Below are positions 10,179 to 19,505 of a DNA stretch of 64,000 nucleotides, piece by piece. Each line of letters opens with the position of its first letter. The first letter of the stretch is position 1. The notes under the pieces were generated by a model, which was not told where the DNA came from, searched no databases, and saw only the letters and a program-made list of their open reading frames with translations. Position numbers and translations under genes: made by a program. The DNA lies in contig JAHELP010000001.1 in NCBI GenBank assembly GCA_024644105.1, positions 20,672-84,671 on the forward strand, given 5' to 3'. This DNA is from Nitrosopumilus sp. (GTDB lineage: Archaea > Thermoproteota > Nitrososphaeria > Nitrososphaerales > Nitrosopumilaceae).

Positions 10179-11201
10179 ATGGATTTTTTAAAAATTAATG
10201 GTGCTCATGGAGAAGGAGGTGGACAAATAATTCGATCAGCTATTACACTTTCATGTATTACAAAAAAACCAGTTCATATAGATAACATTAGAAAAAATAG
10301 AAAAGTTCCAGGTCTAAGACCACAACATCTTTCTGCAATTACTATTCTTCAAAAAATTGTAAATGCAAAAGTAATTGGGGCAGAAATAGGTTCAACAGAA
10401 ATTAAATTTATTCCAGGTAAGATTGAAAATTTGGATTTAGTTGAGGATGTAGGTACTGCTGGGAGCATTCCATTAATTTTACAAGTTTTAATTCCAGTAG
10501 TATCTATTTCACAAAAAAAATTAAATCTAAGAATCAAAGGTGGAACAGATGTACTCTGGAGTCCAACTATTGATTATACTCAATGTGTTCTAAAAGAAGC
10601 ATACACTAGAATGGGAATTAATTTTACATTTGAAGTAAAAAAACGAGGATATTATCCAAAAGGAGGAGGGGAAATTAAATTGCAAATTTCCACATCTAAT
10701 TTAAAATCAATATCATTTTCTAAAAGAAAAACAAAAAATGTAAAATTAATTTGTTCATTTTCAAAATTATCAAAAGAAAAAATTGAGGATGAAATTAATA
10801 AAATTGTAAAAAAATTAACTGATCTTAATTTTATTGTTGATGTAGAAATTAAAGATGAAGAAGCTCTGGATCAAGGGGCAACTCTGTTAGTTTACAGCAT
10901 TGATGATAGTTCTATTATAGGAATGGATGCATTATTCAATAGTAAAACGGGTAAATTTGATTTAGATATCGAAAATTTTATTACAAATTACTCTATTGAC
11001 GAAAATTTAGCAGACATGTTAATAGTTCCTACTAGTTTAATTTTAGGAAAGACAATTTTGCCTGTTAGAAAAATTACAAAACATTTAGAGACAAATTTGT
11101 TTGTTACATCCAAAATTACAGGCTGTAAATATGGAATTGGTAAAACAAGTTATGGGTATGAAGTAATAATTGAAGGAATTTCAAACTCCTGCATCAAGTA
11201 A
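10179..11201 (+). CDS. rtcA: RNA 3'-terminal phosphate cyclase
   Basis: GEGGGQIIR, RKVPGLRPQH, TAGSIPL, GGTDV, RGYYPKGGG, HLETN. Confidence 0.92.
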   Translation: MDFLKINGAHGEGGGQIIRSAITLSCITKKPVHIDNIRKNRKVPGLRPQHLSAITILQKIVNAKVIGAEIGSTEIKFIPGKIENLDLVEDVGTAGSIPLILQVLIPVVSISQKKLNLRIKGGTDVLWSPTIDYTQCVLKEAYTRMGINFTFEVKKRGYYPKGGGEIKLQISTSNLKSISFSKRKTKNVKLICSFSKLSKEKIEDEINKIVKKLTDLNFIVDVEIKDEEALDQGATLLVYSIDDSSIIGMDALFNSKTGKFDLDIENFITNYSIDENLADMLIVPTSLILGKTILPVRKITKHLETNLFVTSKITGCKYGIGKTSYGYEVIIEGISNSCIK

Positions 11202-11678
11202 TGAAGCAAAAAATAGAATTGCTACAGATAAAACTACAGTAATTTCGCCAAGTATGATAATTTTTTTTCTTAATTTTTGAATTTCAGGTTCAGGCATTTG
11301 GTTTGACATTATTTTTTCTTCAACATCTTTTCGAATTACTCTAACATGAACAGCATATGTAATAATTAATGCAACGACAAGAATTATCTTAATAATTAGA
11401 AATGAACCATAACTAGTTGAGACTAGAAGATCAGGTTTAGCAATTAAAGCATGAGAAGTATACAAACCTGTTACCATTAGGATTATCAATGAGGGTACAG
11501 CAATTTTGTTAAATCGTTTTCCAACACGAATCATAATTTGCATTCGTTCTTCAACAGAATTGGTCATTGTTTTTAAAAGTGGAGAAAATACAATTCCAAT
11601 AAATAGAGAACCTCCAACCCAGATTGAAGCAGATATTAGATGAATCCAAGTGATAATTGCTTGCTCTATTGCAGCCAT
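11181..11678 (-). CDS. CopD/DUF4149-like four-TM membrane protein
   Basis: WIHLISASIWVGG, RFNKIA, TGLY, SYGSFLIIKIIL. Confidence 0.75.
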   Translation of the reverse strand: MAAIEQAIITWIHLISASIWVGGSLFIGIVFSPLLKTMTNSVEERMQIMIRVGKRFNKIAVPSLIILMVTGLYTSHALIAKPDLLVSTSYGSFLIIKIILVVALIITYAVHVRVIRKDVEEKIMSNQMPEPEIQKLRKKIIILGEITVVLSVAILFFASLLDAGV

Positions 11679-11744
11679 AGTTTATGATATTTTAAATCAA
11701 ATATTATGTATTTGGATCTTGACAACCTTTTTTAGTTAAACAAA

Positions 11745-12254
11745 TTGGAAATCAATGATTTGGCACTTCAAAGTAAAATGACAGTATATGCAGCAATAGC
11801 TGGAGTTTTTGCTTTAATGGGAGGAATTGTTTTCTATGCAAGTCTTGATAATATTGAACTAGATCAAATAGAAATTGAATTAACAAATGTAGAATTAAGA
11901 GATGTAAACACTGTAAACAATCAAGCAAAGCTTGAGGTTACATTTTTGGTAAAAAATCCCAGTGATAAAACATTAACAGTTTCACTGATTGATTTCCAAT
12001 TGTTTGGAAATGGTGAATTATTAGGTTCAGGATTATATTCTACGGCCGATATTGCATTGCCTGGAAGAGCATTATTTTATTCAGGTGCAGAGATTCCGCT
12101 GAAAAATACATTTGTTTTAACAAAGTCTGAAGAAAATTCAGAATTATATGATGATATAATTAATGAAAGAATTTCTAGTTTTAGTGCTGAAGGAAAGATC
12201 ACTACTCAAACTTCATGGAGTGAAACTGACAAAGATTTCAAAACAGGTTATTAA
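11745..12254 (+). CDS. Membrane-anchored LEA_2/WHy-like beta-sandwich protein
   Basis: N-terminal TM, FLVKNPS, FQLFGNGELLGSG; start may be ATG 11778. Confidence 0.65.
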   Translation: MEINDLALQSKMTVYAAIAGVFALMGGIVFYASLDNIELDQIEIELTNVELRDVNTVNNQAKLEVTFLVKNPSDKTLTVSLIDFQLFGNGELLGSGLYSTADIALPGRALFYSGAEIPLKNTFVLTKSEENSELYDDIINERISSFSAEGKITTQTSWSETDKDFKTGY

Positions 12255-12262
12255 TTAAAAAG

Positions 12263-12336
12263 TGGGCCTAATGAGATTCGAACTCATGATCACCGCCATG
12301 TCGAGGCGGTATCCTAACCAGCTAGACTACAGGCCC
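12263..12336 (-). tRNA. tRNA-Val(GAC)
   Basis: GGGCCTG/TAGGCCC-A acceptor, D-loop with GG, anticodon arm CCGCC-TCGACAT-GGCGG, T arm ATGAG-TTCGAAT-CTCAT; 74 nt, CCA not encoded. Confidence 0.9.
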
Positions 12337-12403
12337 ATTGAAAAATAAATCAAATAATTGACATTATTAACGTTTAACAAAAGAAAGAATCAGGGTTGAA
12401 TAG

Positions 12404-13114
12404 ATGACAGAAAATTTTACAGATGAAGAAAAAAGAGGCTTCTATAAGGCAATTTATTCAAGAAGAGATGTAAGATCTCATTTTACCTCAAAACCAATTG
12501 CTGATGAGATATTATCAAAAATTCTTAATGCTGCACATCATGCACCATCAGTTGGATTTTCTCAACCATGGAATTTTATTTTGATTAAAGATATTGAGAC
12601 AAAAAAGAAAATAAAACAATCTTTTGAGCAAGAAAAAAATCGTTCGTCACAATTAGTAGAAGAACCAAAAAAATCAAAATACCTTTCATTCAAGCTAGAA
12701 GGAATTTTGGAATCTCCAATTAATCTCTGTGTAACTTATGATCCTACAAAATTTGGTCCATTTGTTATTGGTAGATCAAGTATTCCAGAAGCAGGACTCT
12801 ATAGTGTTTGTTGTGCAATTCAAAATTTGTGGTTATCAGCTAGAACTGAAGGAGTTGGTCTTGGTTGGGTAAGTATTTTATCCAATGAGACATTAAAAGA
12901 AACTCTAGATTTACCTGAACATGTCATTCCTGTAGCATATTTGTGCTTAGGTTATGTGGATGAATTTGCAGAAAAACCAGATCTTGAAACTAAAGGTTGG
13001 TTACCAAGACTAGAATTGAAAGATGTAGTATTTTTTGAAAAATGGAATGACAAAGAAAATAAAAATTGGAAAAAAATTCAAAATATGATTAAAGAAAATC
13101 TTGATTACGCTTAA
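12404..13114 (+). CDS. bluB: 5,6-dimethylbenzimidazole synthase (BluB-type nitroreductase)
   Basis: RRDVR, AHHAPSVGFSQPWNF, LKL-like FKLEGI, YSVCCAIQNLWLSAR, GLGWVSI, AYLCLGY. Confidence 0.88.
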   Translation: MTENFTDEEKRGFYKAIYSRRDVRSHFTSKPIADEILSKILNAAHHAPSVGFSQPWNFILIKDIETKKKIKQSFEQEKNRSSQLVEEPKKSKYLSFKLEGILESPINLCVTYDPTKFGPFVIGRSSIPEAGLYSVCCAIQNLWLSARTEGVGLGWVSILSNETLKETLDLPEHVIPVAYLCLGYVDEFAEKPDLETKGWLPRLELKDVVFFEKWNDKENKNWKKIQNMIKENLDYA

Positions 13115-13138
13115 ATAATTAAGAATGTTTTTTTTGCT

Positions 13139-13231
13139 GGGCTTGTAGCGCAGAGTCAATTTGACGCGCAACATGGATAGCGCAGTAGCCTCCTAAGTTA
13201 CAGGTCGAGGGATCGAAGCCCTCCAAGCCCG
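13139..13231 (+). tRNA. tRNA-Arg(CCT) with 18-nt non-canonical intron at position 15/16 (13154-13171)
   Basis: GGGCTTG/CAAGCCC-G acceptor; anticodon arm GTAGC-CTCCTAA-GTTAC; removing AGTCAATTTGACGCGCAA gives D-loop AGCATGGATA with Arg identity A20 and a 75-nt tRNA. Confidence 0.9.
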
Positions 13232-13284
13232 TTTATTTTCAATAAGCCATTGGAATTTAAATACAAAGACAAAGGGTTGAGATT

Positions 13285-13815
13285 ATGAAAGTTGTTGTAA
13301 TTTCTGGTAGTCCAAGAAAAAATGCAAATACACAAATCTTAATGAAATATGTTTTTGAATATACAAAATCAAAATATCAAGATACAAAATTAATTAATCT
13401 CTCTGATGGTCACATTGAATACTATAGAGGACCAGATATAGAATACAATGAAACAACAAAATCTGCTGCAAATGATATCATGGATGCAGATGTATGGCTA
13501 ATTGGATCCCCGATTTACAATTCATTCTTTAGTTCAGCGTTAAAAAACTTGTTTGAATATATTGATTATAAAAAAACTCCTGGAAAAGTTGCAGGAATCA
13601 CAATTTTAGCAGCTGGAAATATTGGTTTTATCAACGTCCAGACATTAATCACACAATTGATGTCATACTTTAGAGTAATAACAAATCCAAAAGCTGTATT
13701 TTTAACCACAGAATCTGTAAAAGAAAATTCAATAACGGATGAAGATACAAAAAGTAGACTAAGAGAAATGGTGGATGAAACTTTGGAGATTGCCCTAAAA
13801 TTACATAAAAATTAG
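13285..13815 (+). CDS. NAD(P)H-dependent FMN reductase (SsuE/flavodoxin-fold)
   Basis: ISGSPRKNANT, ADVWLIGSPIYN, LKNLFE. Confidence 0.88.
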   Translation: MKVVVISGSPRKNANTQILMKYVFEYTKSKYQDTKLINLSDGHIEYYRGPDIEYNETTKSAANDIMDADVWLIGSPIYNSFFSSALKNLFEYIDYKKTPGKVAGITILAAGNIGFINVQTLITQLMSYFRVITNPKAVFLTTESVKENSITDEDTKSRLREMVDETLEIALKLHKN

Positions 13816-14078
13816 CCTCAATTTGGTCTTATGATAGTTTTAACATTGCAGATTAATATGAAAAATAATTTCCATAATTTATCAAAACATGCTACTAGTA
13901 GAATATCCATTTTTTATTTAAAATAGCTAAAATAAACATATCTTATTTAATCAAAAATTATTTTGTATGAAAACTTCCCAAGATCTTAAATCCATAAAAA
14001 TAGTAAAATAATTTTTAGATTTTTTTATTTTAATCAAATCAGATGATAGTGATTAATTTAAAAAAGAATGAAACAAAA

Positions 14079-14116
14079 ATTTTCTCTATTTAGAAAAAAT
14101 CGATTTTCTCTATTTA
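14079..14116. promoter_or_regulatory. Direct repeat ATTTTCTCTATTTA x2 overlapping a near-perfect 22-bp palindrome; candidate operator
   Basis: Copies at 14079-14092 and 14103-14116; TAGAAAAAATCGATTTTCTCTA at 14091-14112 has one mismatch; lies in a ~415-bp AT-rich non-coding stretch. Confidence 0.4.
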
Positions 14117-14233
14117 AAATAAATCTCAAAGGGTATAGGAAAAATGTTATTTTAATAGATAAATTATAATTTTGGATCTAAAATACGATCTATTGATGAT
14201 TAAAACATTAAAGTCAAATATTAATAAAATGAA

Positions 14234-14359
14234 GTGTTATTGAATTTGAATAAAGATCCAACTGAATTATGTTCATGTAAATGTCATTTTGGTGGCGCAG
14301 TTAGTTGTCCAGGTTGCAAAGAAAATCATGGTGAAGTTTGTTGCCATTGTAAAGATTAG
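14234..14359 (+). CDS. Metallothionein-like Cys/His-rich small protein (not in ORF track)
   Basis: Manual translation (M)LLNLNKDPTELCSCKCHFGGAVSCPGCKENHGEVCCHCKD*: 8 Cys + 3 His; start GTG 14234 or TTG 14240/14246; GC-richer than flanks. Confidence 0.7.
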   Translation: MLLNLNKDPTELCSCKCHFGGAVSCPGCKENHGEVCCHCKD

Positions 14360-14361
14360 AA

Positions 14362-14835
14362 TTATTTTTTCTTAGTTTTTCTTTCTGAAGCTAACATTTT
14401 GAGATTTGCAAGTTCAGTTTTTAGTGATTCAATTTGAACTAAAGTTTCTAAATTAGAAATTTCTTGGTTTAATCTTTCAATTTCACTATCTTTGAGTTTA
14501 ACAGTTTCTTTAACATGGGATAATTCCAATGTTAATTCATTTTGAATTTGTTTAATTTCTGATAAACTTACTTGGGAACCAGTAGATGTTGTTTCAATAG
14601 TTTGTGTACTACTCAAGCTTTTTTTTTCACTGTGAGAGGGTGCATGATTATGCATGTAATCAGTACTTTTTTGTGAAATCCAACAGGTAAATGTCATGAA
14701 CCACGTAATTGGAACTGCCATCAAAAATACAAAGTCCAGTATTGGTGATAAGTCCCAGAATGCCCAAAGTCCAGTTAACACACCTGCAAAAACTCCGGTT
14801 ACTAATGTTGCTAAATGGTTACCAACATATCCCAT
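14362..14835 (-). CDS. Hypothetical protein: two TM helices, His-rich linker, C-terminal coiled coil
   Basis: Hydrophobic N-terminus, MHNHAPSH, heptad-rich C-terminal half. Confidence 0.75.
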   Translation of the reverse strand: MGYVGNHLATLVTGVFAGVLTGLWAFWDLSPILDFVFLMAVPITWFMTFTCWISQKSTDYMHNHAPSHSEKKSLSSTQTIETTSTGSQVSLSEIKQIQNELTLELSHVKETVKLKDSEIERLNQEISNLETLVQIESLKTELANLKMLASERKTKKK

Positions 14836-14916
14836 AATTATTTGAAAATTTCATTATTTATAACAGTAATGCTAAAAATCACAAAATAATTAATGAAAAA
14901 GAAAAAAGAGCCGAGT

Positions 14917-15147
14917 TTATTCGTCTGCTTCAGAGGGGGTAGTTGCTTTTGGCATATCTGATTGTAAGATTTGTATTTTTTGCAATAGTTCAGTTCTTAG
15001 ATCTCTTGCAACTCTTCTTACGGTTGGTCTTGGAACGCCAAGTTCATCAACTACTTTGGTGTAAATATCCTGCTTGTCGGTTACCCCTTTGTCAAGATAA
15101 GAATTAATCGCTTCTTTAATTATCGTGCTTTGATTTGTACGATTCAA
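14917..15147 (-). CDS. Small putative helix-turn-helix protein
   Basis: 76 aa; DIYTKVVDELGVPRPTVRRVARDL HTH-like pattern. Confidence 0.6.
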   Translation of the reverse strand: MNRTNQSTIIKEAINSYLDKGVTDKQDIYTKVVDELGVPRPTVRRVARDLRTELLQKIQILQSDMPKATTPSEADE

Positions 15148-15393
15148 CGAATTCTAAATTTTAATTGTTCTATATAAGACTATAACTTTTGAAATTTGAA
15201 AAGGTCAAATCTAATAAATTTAAATTGCTAATATTTCAGTAGAAACAAAAAATTCCAAAGTCTACTCCAAAAAGTTTTCTAACGAAAAACGTACTTATCG
15301 TTATGGATTTTTCAATATTGTTAAAATATCTGTAAGAATTTTCTAAGACAAATTCACAAAAGACTATTAAGATGTCTTTGTAGATTCAATTTA

Positions 15394-15870
<477 letters not shown>

Positions 15871-16767
15871 ATGATTTCAAAAAAAATACTATTTCTTATA
15901 ATTTCATTAGTTCTTGTAATTCCAGCAGGATATGCTCAGGAAGTAAACTTTGGAGATACAGCAAATCAAAAATTGGTTTTAGTAATTATTAATGATTTAG
16001 GAGAGATTCATGTTAAACATATTGTAAAGTCTTCACATTTACCACAACAAGTTAATCTAATTGAGGGTAATGTTGAAAATTTGATTATAACTGATGAAGA
16101 TGGTGAAGAACAAATACTATCCACATTGGGGGATAATAGTGCAGTAGTTATTTTCCCAACATCCAAAGATTCTATTGTAGATTATGATTTGAAAGATGCA
16201 CTTTTGTTAAAAGATAATATTTGGACACTAGATTTTCTATATCTAGAACAAACAAGTTTTATGCTACCGGAAAAACTTGACATGGTTTTTGTAAATGAAA
16301 GATCATTATATCTAGATGATAAAAAAGGATTTACTTGTCATGGATGTCAAGTAGTTTTAGAATACATGTTTGATCAACCAAGAGATATCATAGAAGTGAA
16401 TTGGGAAGATAAAAAATTTCTTGTAGAGATTAAATCTTTTACTGAAATAGAAAATTTTCAATTTAATCAACCTAGAAAAGAAATAAGTTTTGATGTAAAT
16501 GAAAGTAATCAGTATATTACAACAATAATTCCATTAGAATTATTGTGGGGACCATATGCAGTATTTCTAGATGATGATAAAATGTATTTTGATGACTCGA
16601 AGAATAATGGAACTCATGTTTGGATTAACATGAAACCTAACACCTCAGGTGAAATTACAATTATTGGAACTACAGTTATTCCTGAATTTCCAATTATAGC
16701 TCCCTTAGCTATTGGATTTTTAATGATAATGATGATTCCTTTATTTAGAAAATTTAATCTCCGCTAG
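15871..16767 (+). CDS. Exported protein with PEF(G)-CTERM sorting signal
   Basis: Signal peptide; C-terminal VIPEFP + TM + RKFNLR. Confidence 0.8.
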   Translation: MISKKILFLIISLVLVIPAGYAQEVNFGDTANQKLVLVIINDLGEIHVKHIVKSSHLPQQVNLIEGNVENLIITDEDGEEQILSTLGDNSAVVIFPTSKDSIVDYDLKDALLLKDNIWTLDFLYLEQTSFMLPEKLDMVFVNERSLYLDDKKGFTCHGCQVVLEYMFDQPRDIIEVNWEDKKFLVEIKSFTEIENFQFNQPRKEISFDVNESNQYITTIIPLELLWGPYAVFLDDDKMYFDDSKNNGTHVWINMKPNTSGEITIIGTTVIPEFPIIAPLAIGFLMIMMIPLFRKFNLR

Positions 16768-16909
16768 AACCACATGAACAGAACCCATATTCATCAATTC
16801 GTACATTACAAATGACACATTTTTCACCATAGTCTACCTCCCATGGTTCTTTTCCAAAAAGCTTGAAATGATCATCAATTTCGATTGGAATTTCTCTTTT
16901 CTTTTCCAA
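16754..16909 (-). CDS. Small Zn-finger-like protein, 51 aa (not in ORF track)
   Basis: Manual translation from TTG: MEKKREIPIEIDDHFKLFGKEPWEVDYGEKCVICNVRIDEYGFCSCGSSGD*; CxxC...CxC; fills the gap between neighbours. Confidence 0.65.
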   Translation of the reverse strand: MEKKREIPIEIDDHFKLFGKEPWEVDYGEKCVICNVRIDEYGFCSCGSSGD

Positions 16910-16957
16910 TGATTTGTATAGTCATTTCAACTATACATACATTATCGGAGATTAGTC

Positions 16958-17149
16958 ATGAAAATTGAATGTGGTTGTCATTGTATAAAATGTAAAAGTA
17001 CAGATTTGGATTCAAATAGAATTGGACAAGTTGAAAAAGATGGGTATTTTGATATGCATCACACTTGTAAACAATGTAATACACATTTCGATCATTTAGA
17101 TGGAGAAGTTTTCTCTGAATGTAAAAAATGTAATTATTTTTCTAGTTAG
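16958..17149 (+). CDS. Small Cys/His-rich Zn-ribbon protein
   Basis: CGCHCIKC, HHTCKQC, CKKC in 63 aa. Confidence 0.75.
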   Translation: MKIECGCHCIKCKSTDLDSNRIGQVEKDGYFDMHHTCKQCNTHFDHLDGEVFSECKKCNYFSS

Positions 17150-17627
17150 CTACTAATTGTTCTTGAGAAAAATAGTGAGTTCTATTTTCTTCAGAATTTT
17201 TCATGATTTCTTTGTTAGAGGCCATTTTTGCTAGAGCTTTTGAAACATCCAATGGACTAGCAGCCCATCCATATTCTCTGAGTTGTTGAACAGTTTCAGT
17301 GACAGTTCTAGGAGAGTCAAAAAACTTACTTGTTTCTAAAATTCTTAATTTTGATTTAATTTCATGAGAAGTAATGTATTTTGGTTCATTGAATTCTGGT
17401 TCATATGCTTCAGCATCATCTAGATATTCTAAACCAAATTGAGCTGGATGTTCAATAGTTGTTGGAGTTGGAGTAGAATCTGTCTCGTATACAATTTTAG
17501 CTTGATTTTCTGGTAAGTGATGAGATAGATCATCAATAATTTCACCTAATGTTTGATTATCAACATAAAAATCTCTAGAGTCAACCTCAATTTCATTTTC
17601 TCCTATTTTGAGCTTAATTCTAGCCAA
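17142..17627 (-). CDS. Hypothetical protein with C-terminal winged-helix-like domain
   Basis: FFDSPRTVTETVQQLREYGW...VSKALAKM...THYF pattern. Confidence 0.65.
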   Translation of the reverse strand: MARIKLKIGENEIEVDSRDFYVDNQTLGEIIDDLSHHLPENQAKIVYETDSTPTPTTIEHPAQFGLEYLDDAEAYEPEFNEPKYITSHEIKSKLRILETSKFFDSPRTVTETVQQLREYGWAASPLDVSKALAKMASNKEIMKNSEENRTHYFSQEQLVAN

Positions 17628-17758
17628 TGCTAAATAATCATATAATTTTGATTTATTCTGTTAGCTCTAATGAGCTTTAAGATTAGATCAAAACTTTTAC
17701 ACAATTTATTGGGTTTTTTTTCCTTTTTGGTTAAAATGTAAATTCATAAAAACCAGTC

Positions 17759-18211
17759 GTGAAAGGATCAAAAAAAGCAGGCATAGTTGTATTATTTGTA
17801 TTAGGCATGAGTATTTTTGGATATTCGCAATATGCATCAGCTTCACAAATTGGAGTAAGTATCAATCAAAGCGAATTATTAAATGAAAATGATGAAGGCC
17901 AAAACTATAATGTTGAATTGCAGTTTGAAAATCCTTCATTGCTAATATTATCAGCCGGTGAAACTGAATTTTTTGTAATTTCAAATGATGAAATAATTGG
18001 AAAGGGTAATTTAGAATCATTTACTTTACAGCCATTAGATAGTAGTTATGTTAAGGGTACATTTCACACAGATGTTAATTCAGATGGTGATTCGCATTCA
18101 GTAAAGATTTCAGGTGTTATAAAATATGATTTGTTATTAACATCAATTGATGTTCCGTTTGTATATTATCCCACTGAAGAGCAAGCAAGAGAATTTATAC
18201 ATCAAGACTAG
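17759..18211 (+). CDS. Membrane-anchored LEA_2-like hypothetical protein
   Basis: N-terminal TM, LQFENPS, NDEIIGKG. Confidence 0.6.
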   Translation: MKGSKKAGIVVLFVLGMSIFGYSQYASASQIGVSINQSELLNENDEGQNYNVELQFENPSLLILSAGETEFFVISNDEIIGKGNLESFTLQPLDSSYVKGTFHTDVNSDGDSHSVKISGVIKYDLLLTSIDVPFVYYPTEEQAREFIHQD

Positions 18212-18222
18212 TTTCTCAAATA

Positions 18223-19116
18223 ATGCTTACTGTTTTTGGATCTACAGCGTTAGATACTATTAGAACTCCAAAAAAAACATTAAAGAATGTTTTAGGTGGT
18301 GCTGCAACATTTGCTGCAATTTCAGCTAGTAATTTTGTAGATACCGGACTAATTGCAGTGGTTGGAAAAGATTTTCCAAAGACACATCATAAGATTTTAT
18401 CAAAATATTTAGATTTAAAAGGATTAACTATTAAAAATGGAAAAACATTTCGATATGATGGGAAATATGATGATACACTAAGTACAAGATCAACATTAAA
18501 AACAGAACTAAATGTGCTTGGTGATTTTAAAGCAAGTGTCCCTGAAGCATATAAAAAATCTCAGTTTGTATATCTTGCAAATAATGATCCAGAGCAAAAT
18601 ACTTCATTAATTAAAGAATTTGATAAAGTAAAATTTTCTATGTGTGATACAATAGATTTTTGGATTTCAACAAAACGTGATGCAGTAATTAAAATGATAA
18701 AATCAGTTGATGCTGTAGTGATTAATGATGAAGAGGCCAAACTCCTTACCAAAGAATTCAATCTGATAAAATGTGCAAAAAAAATGATGCAATGGGGAGC
18801 AAAATATGTCATTATTAAGAAAGGTGAGCATGGATCCTTGATGTTTTATGATGATGTTATTTTTCCAACTGCAGGATTTTCCTTAGAGGATGTAGTAGAT
18901 CCTACAGGTGCAGGAGACTCTTTTGCAGGTGCAATGATTGGATATCTTGCTAGTAAAAAATCTACAAGAATATCTGATATTAAAAAAGCAGTAGTATATG
19001 GAAATGTTTTAGGATCATTTGCAGTTGAAAAATATGGTTTAGATGGATTATTAAAAATAAAAAATGGGGACATTGCAAAACGTGTTAAGATATATGAAAA
19101 AATGATCCGTTTCTAA
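18223..19116 (+). CDS. PfkB/ribokinase-family kinase
   Basis: LGGAA, INDEEA, KKGEHG, DPTGAGDSFAG. Confidence 0.92.
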   Translation: MLTVFGSTALDTIRTPKKTLKNVLGGAATFAAISASNFVDTGLIAVVGKDFPKTHHKILSKYLDLKGLTIKNGKTFRYDGKYDDTLSTRSTLKTELNVLGDFKASVPEAYKKSQFVYLANNDPEQNTSLIKEFDKVKFSMCDTIDFWISTKRDAVIKMIKSVDAVVINDEEAKLLTKEFNLIKCAKKMMQWGAKYVIIKKGEHGSLMFYDDVIFPTAGFSLEDVVDPTGAGDSFAGAMIGYLASKKSTRISDIKKAVVYGNVLGSFAVEKYGLDGLLKIKNGDIAKRVKIYEKMIRF

Positions 19117-19154
19117 AAAGACTTAAGTTTTATTATTTCTCAAATTAATTATAA

Positions 19155-19505
19155 TTGTCACAAGAAACATCTGTAAAAGATCGATTAGATGAAATATTCA
19201 ATCTACAAAAAGGTCTTTCTGAAATGATGAAATTAGACAGATACCCAAAAGACTCTGAAGGTAGAGTTTCTGCCCTATGTACAGCAATTATGCATGAAGC
19301 AGTAGAACTACAGAGAACAACAAACTGGAAATGGTGGAAAACTCCAGTTGAATTTAATGAGGCGGAGGCAAGAGAGGAACTAATTGATATTTGGCATTTT
19401 GTTGTTCAAGCATCACTTGAGCTAAAACTTACTCCAGATGATATTTTGGATGAATACAAAAAGAAAAATGAAATTAATCGTGAAAGACAGCGAAATGGAT
19501 ATTAA
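19155..19505 (+). CDS. Dimeric all-alpha dUTPase (dUTPase_2/MazG-like)
   Basis: HEAVEL, WKWWK, EELIDIWHF, YKKKNEINRERQ. Confidence 0.85.
   Translation: MSQETSVKDRLDEIFNLQKGLSEMMKLDRYPKDSEGRVSALCTAIMHEAVELQRTTNWKWWKTPVEFNEAEAREELIDIWHFVVQASLELKLTPDDILDEYKKKNEINRERQRNGY

Noticed and set aside
13232..15393. Possible integrative element at tRNA-Arg, or replication origin in the AT-rich gap
   Set aside because: No integrase, no duplicated tRNA 3' end seen, no cdc6/orc1 gene or recognisable ORB boxes
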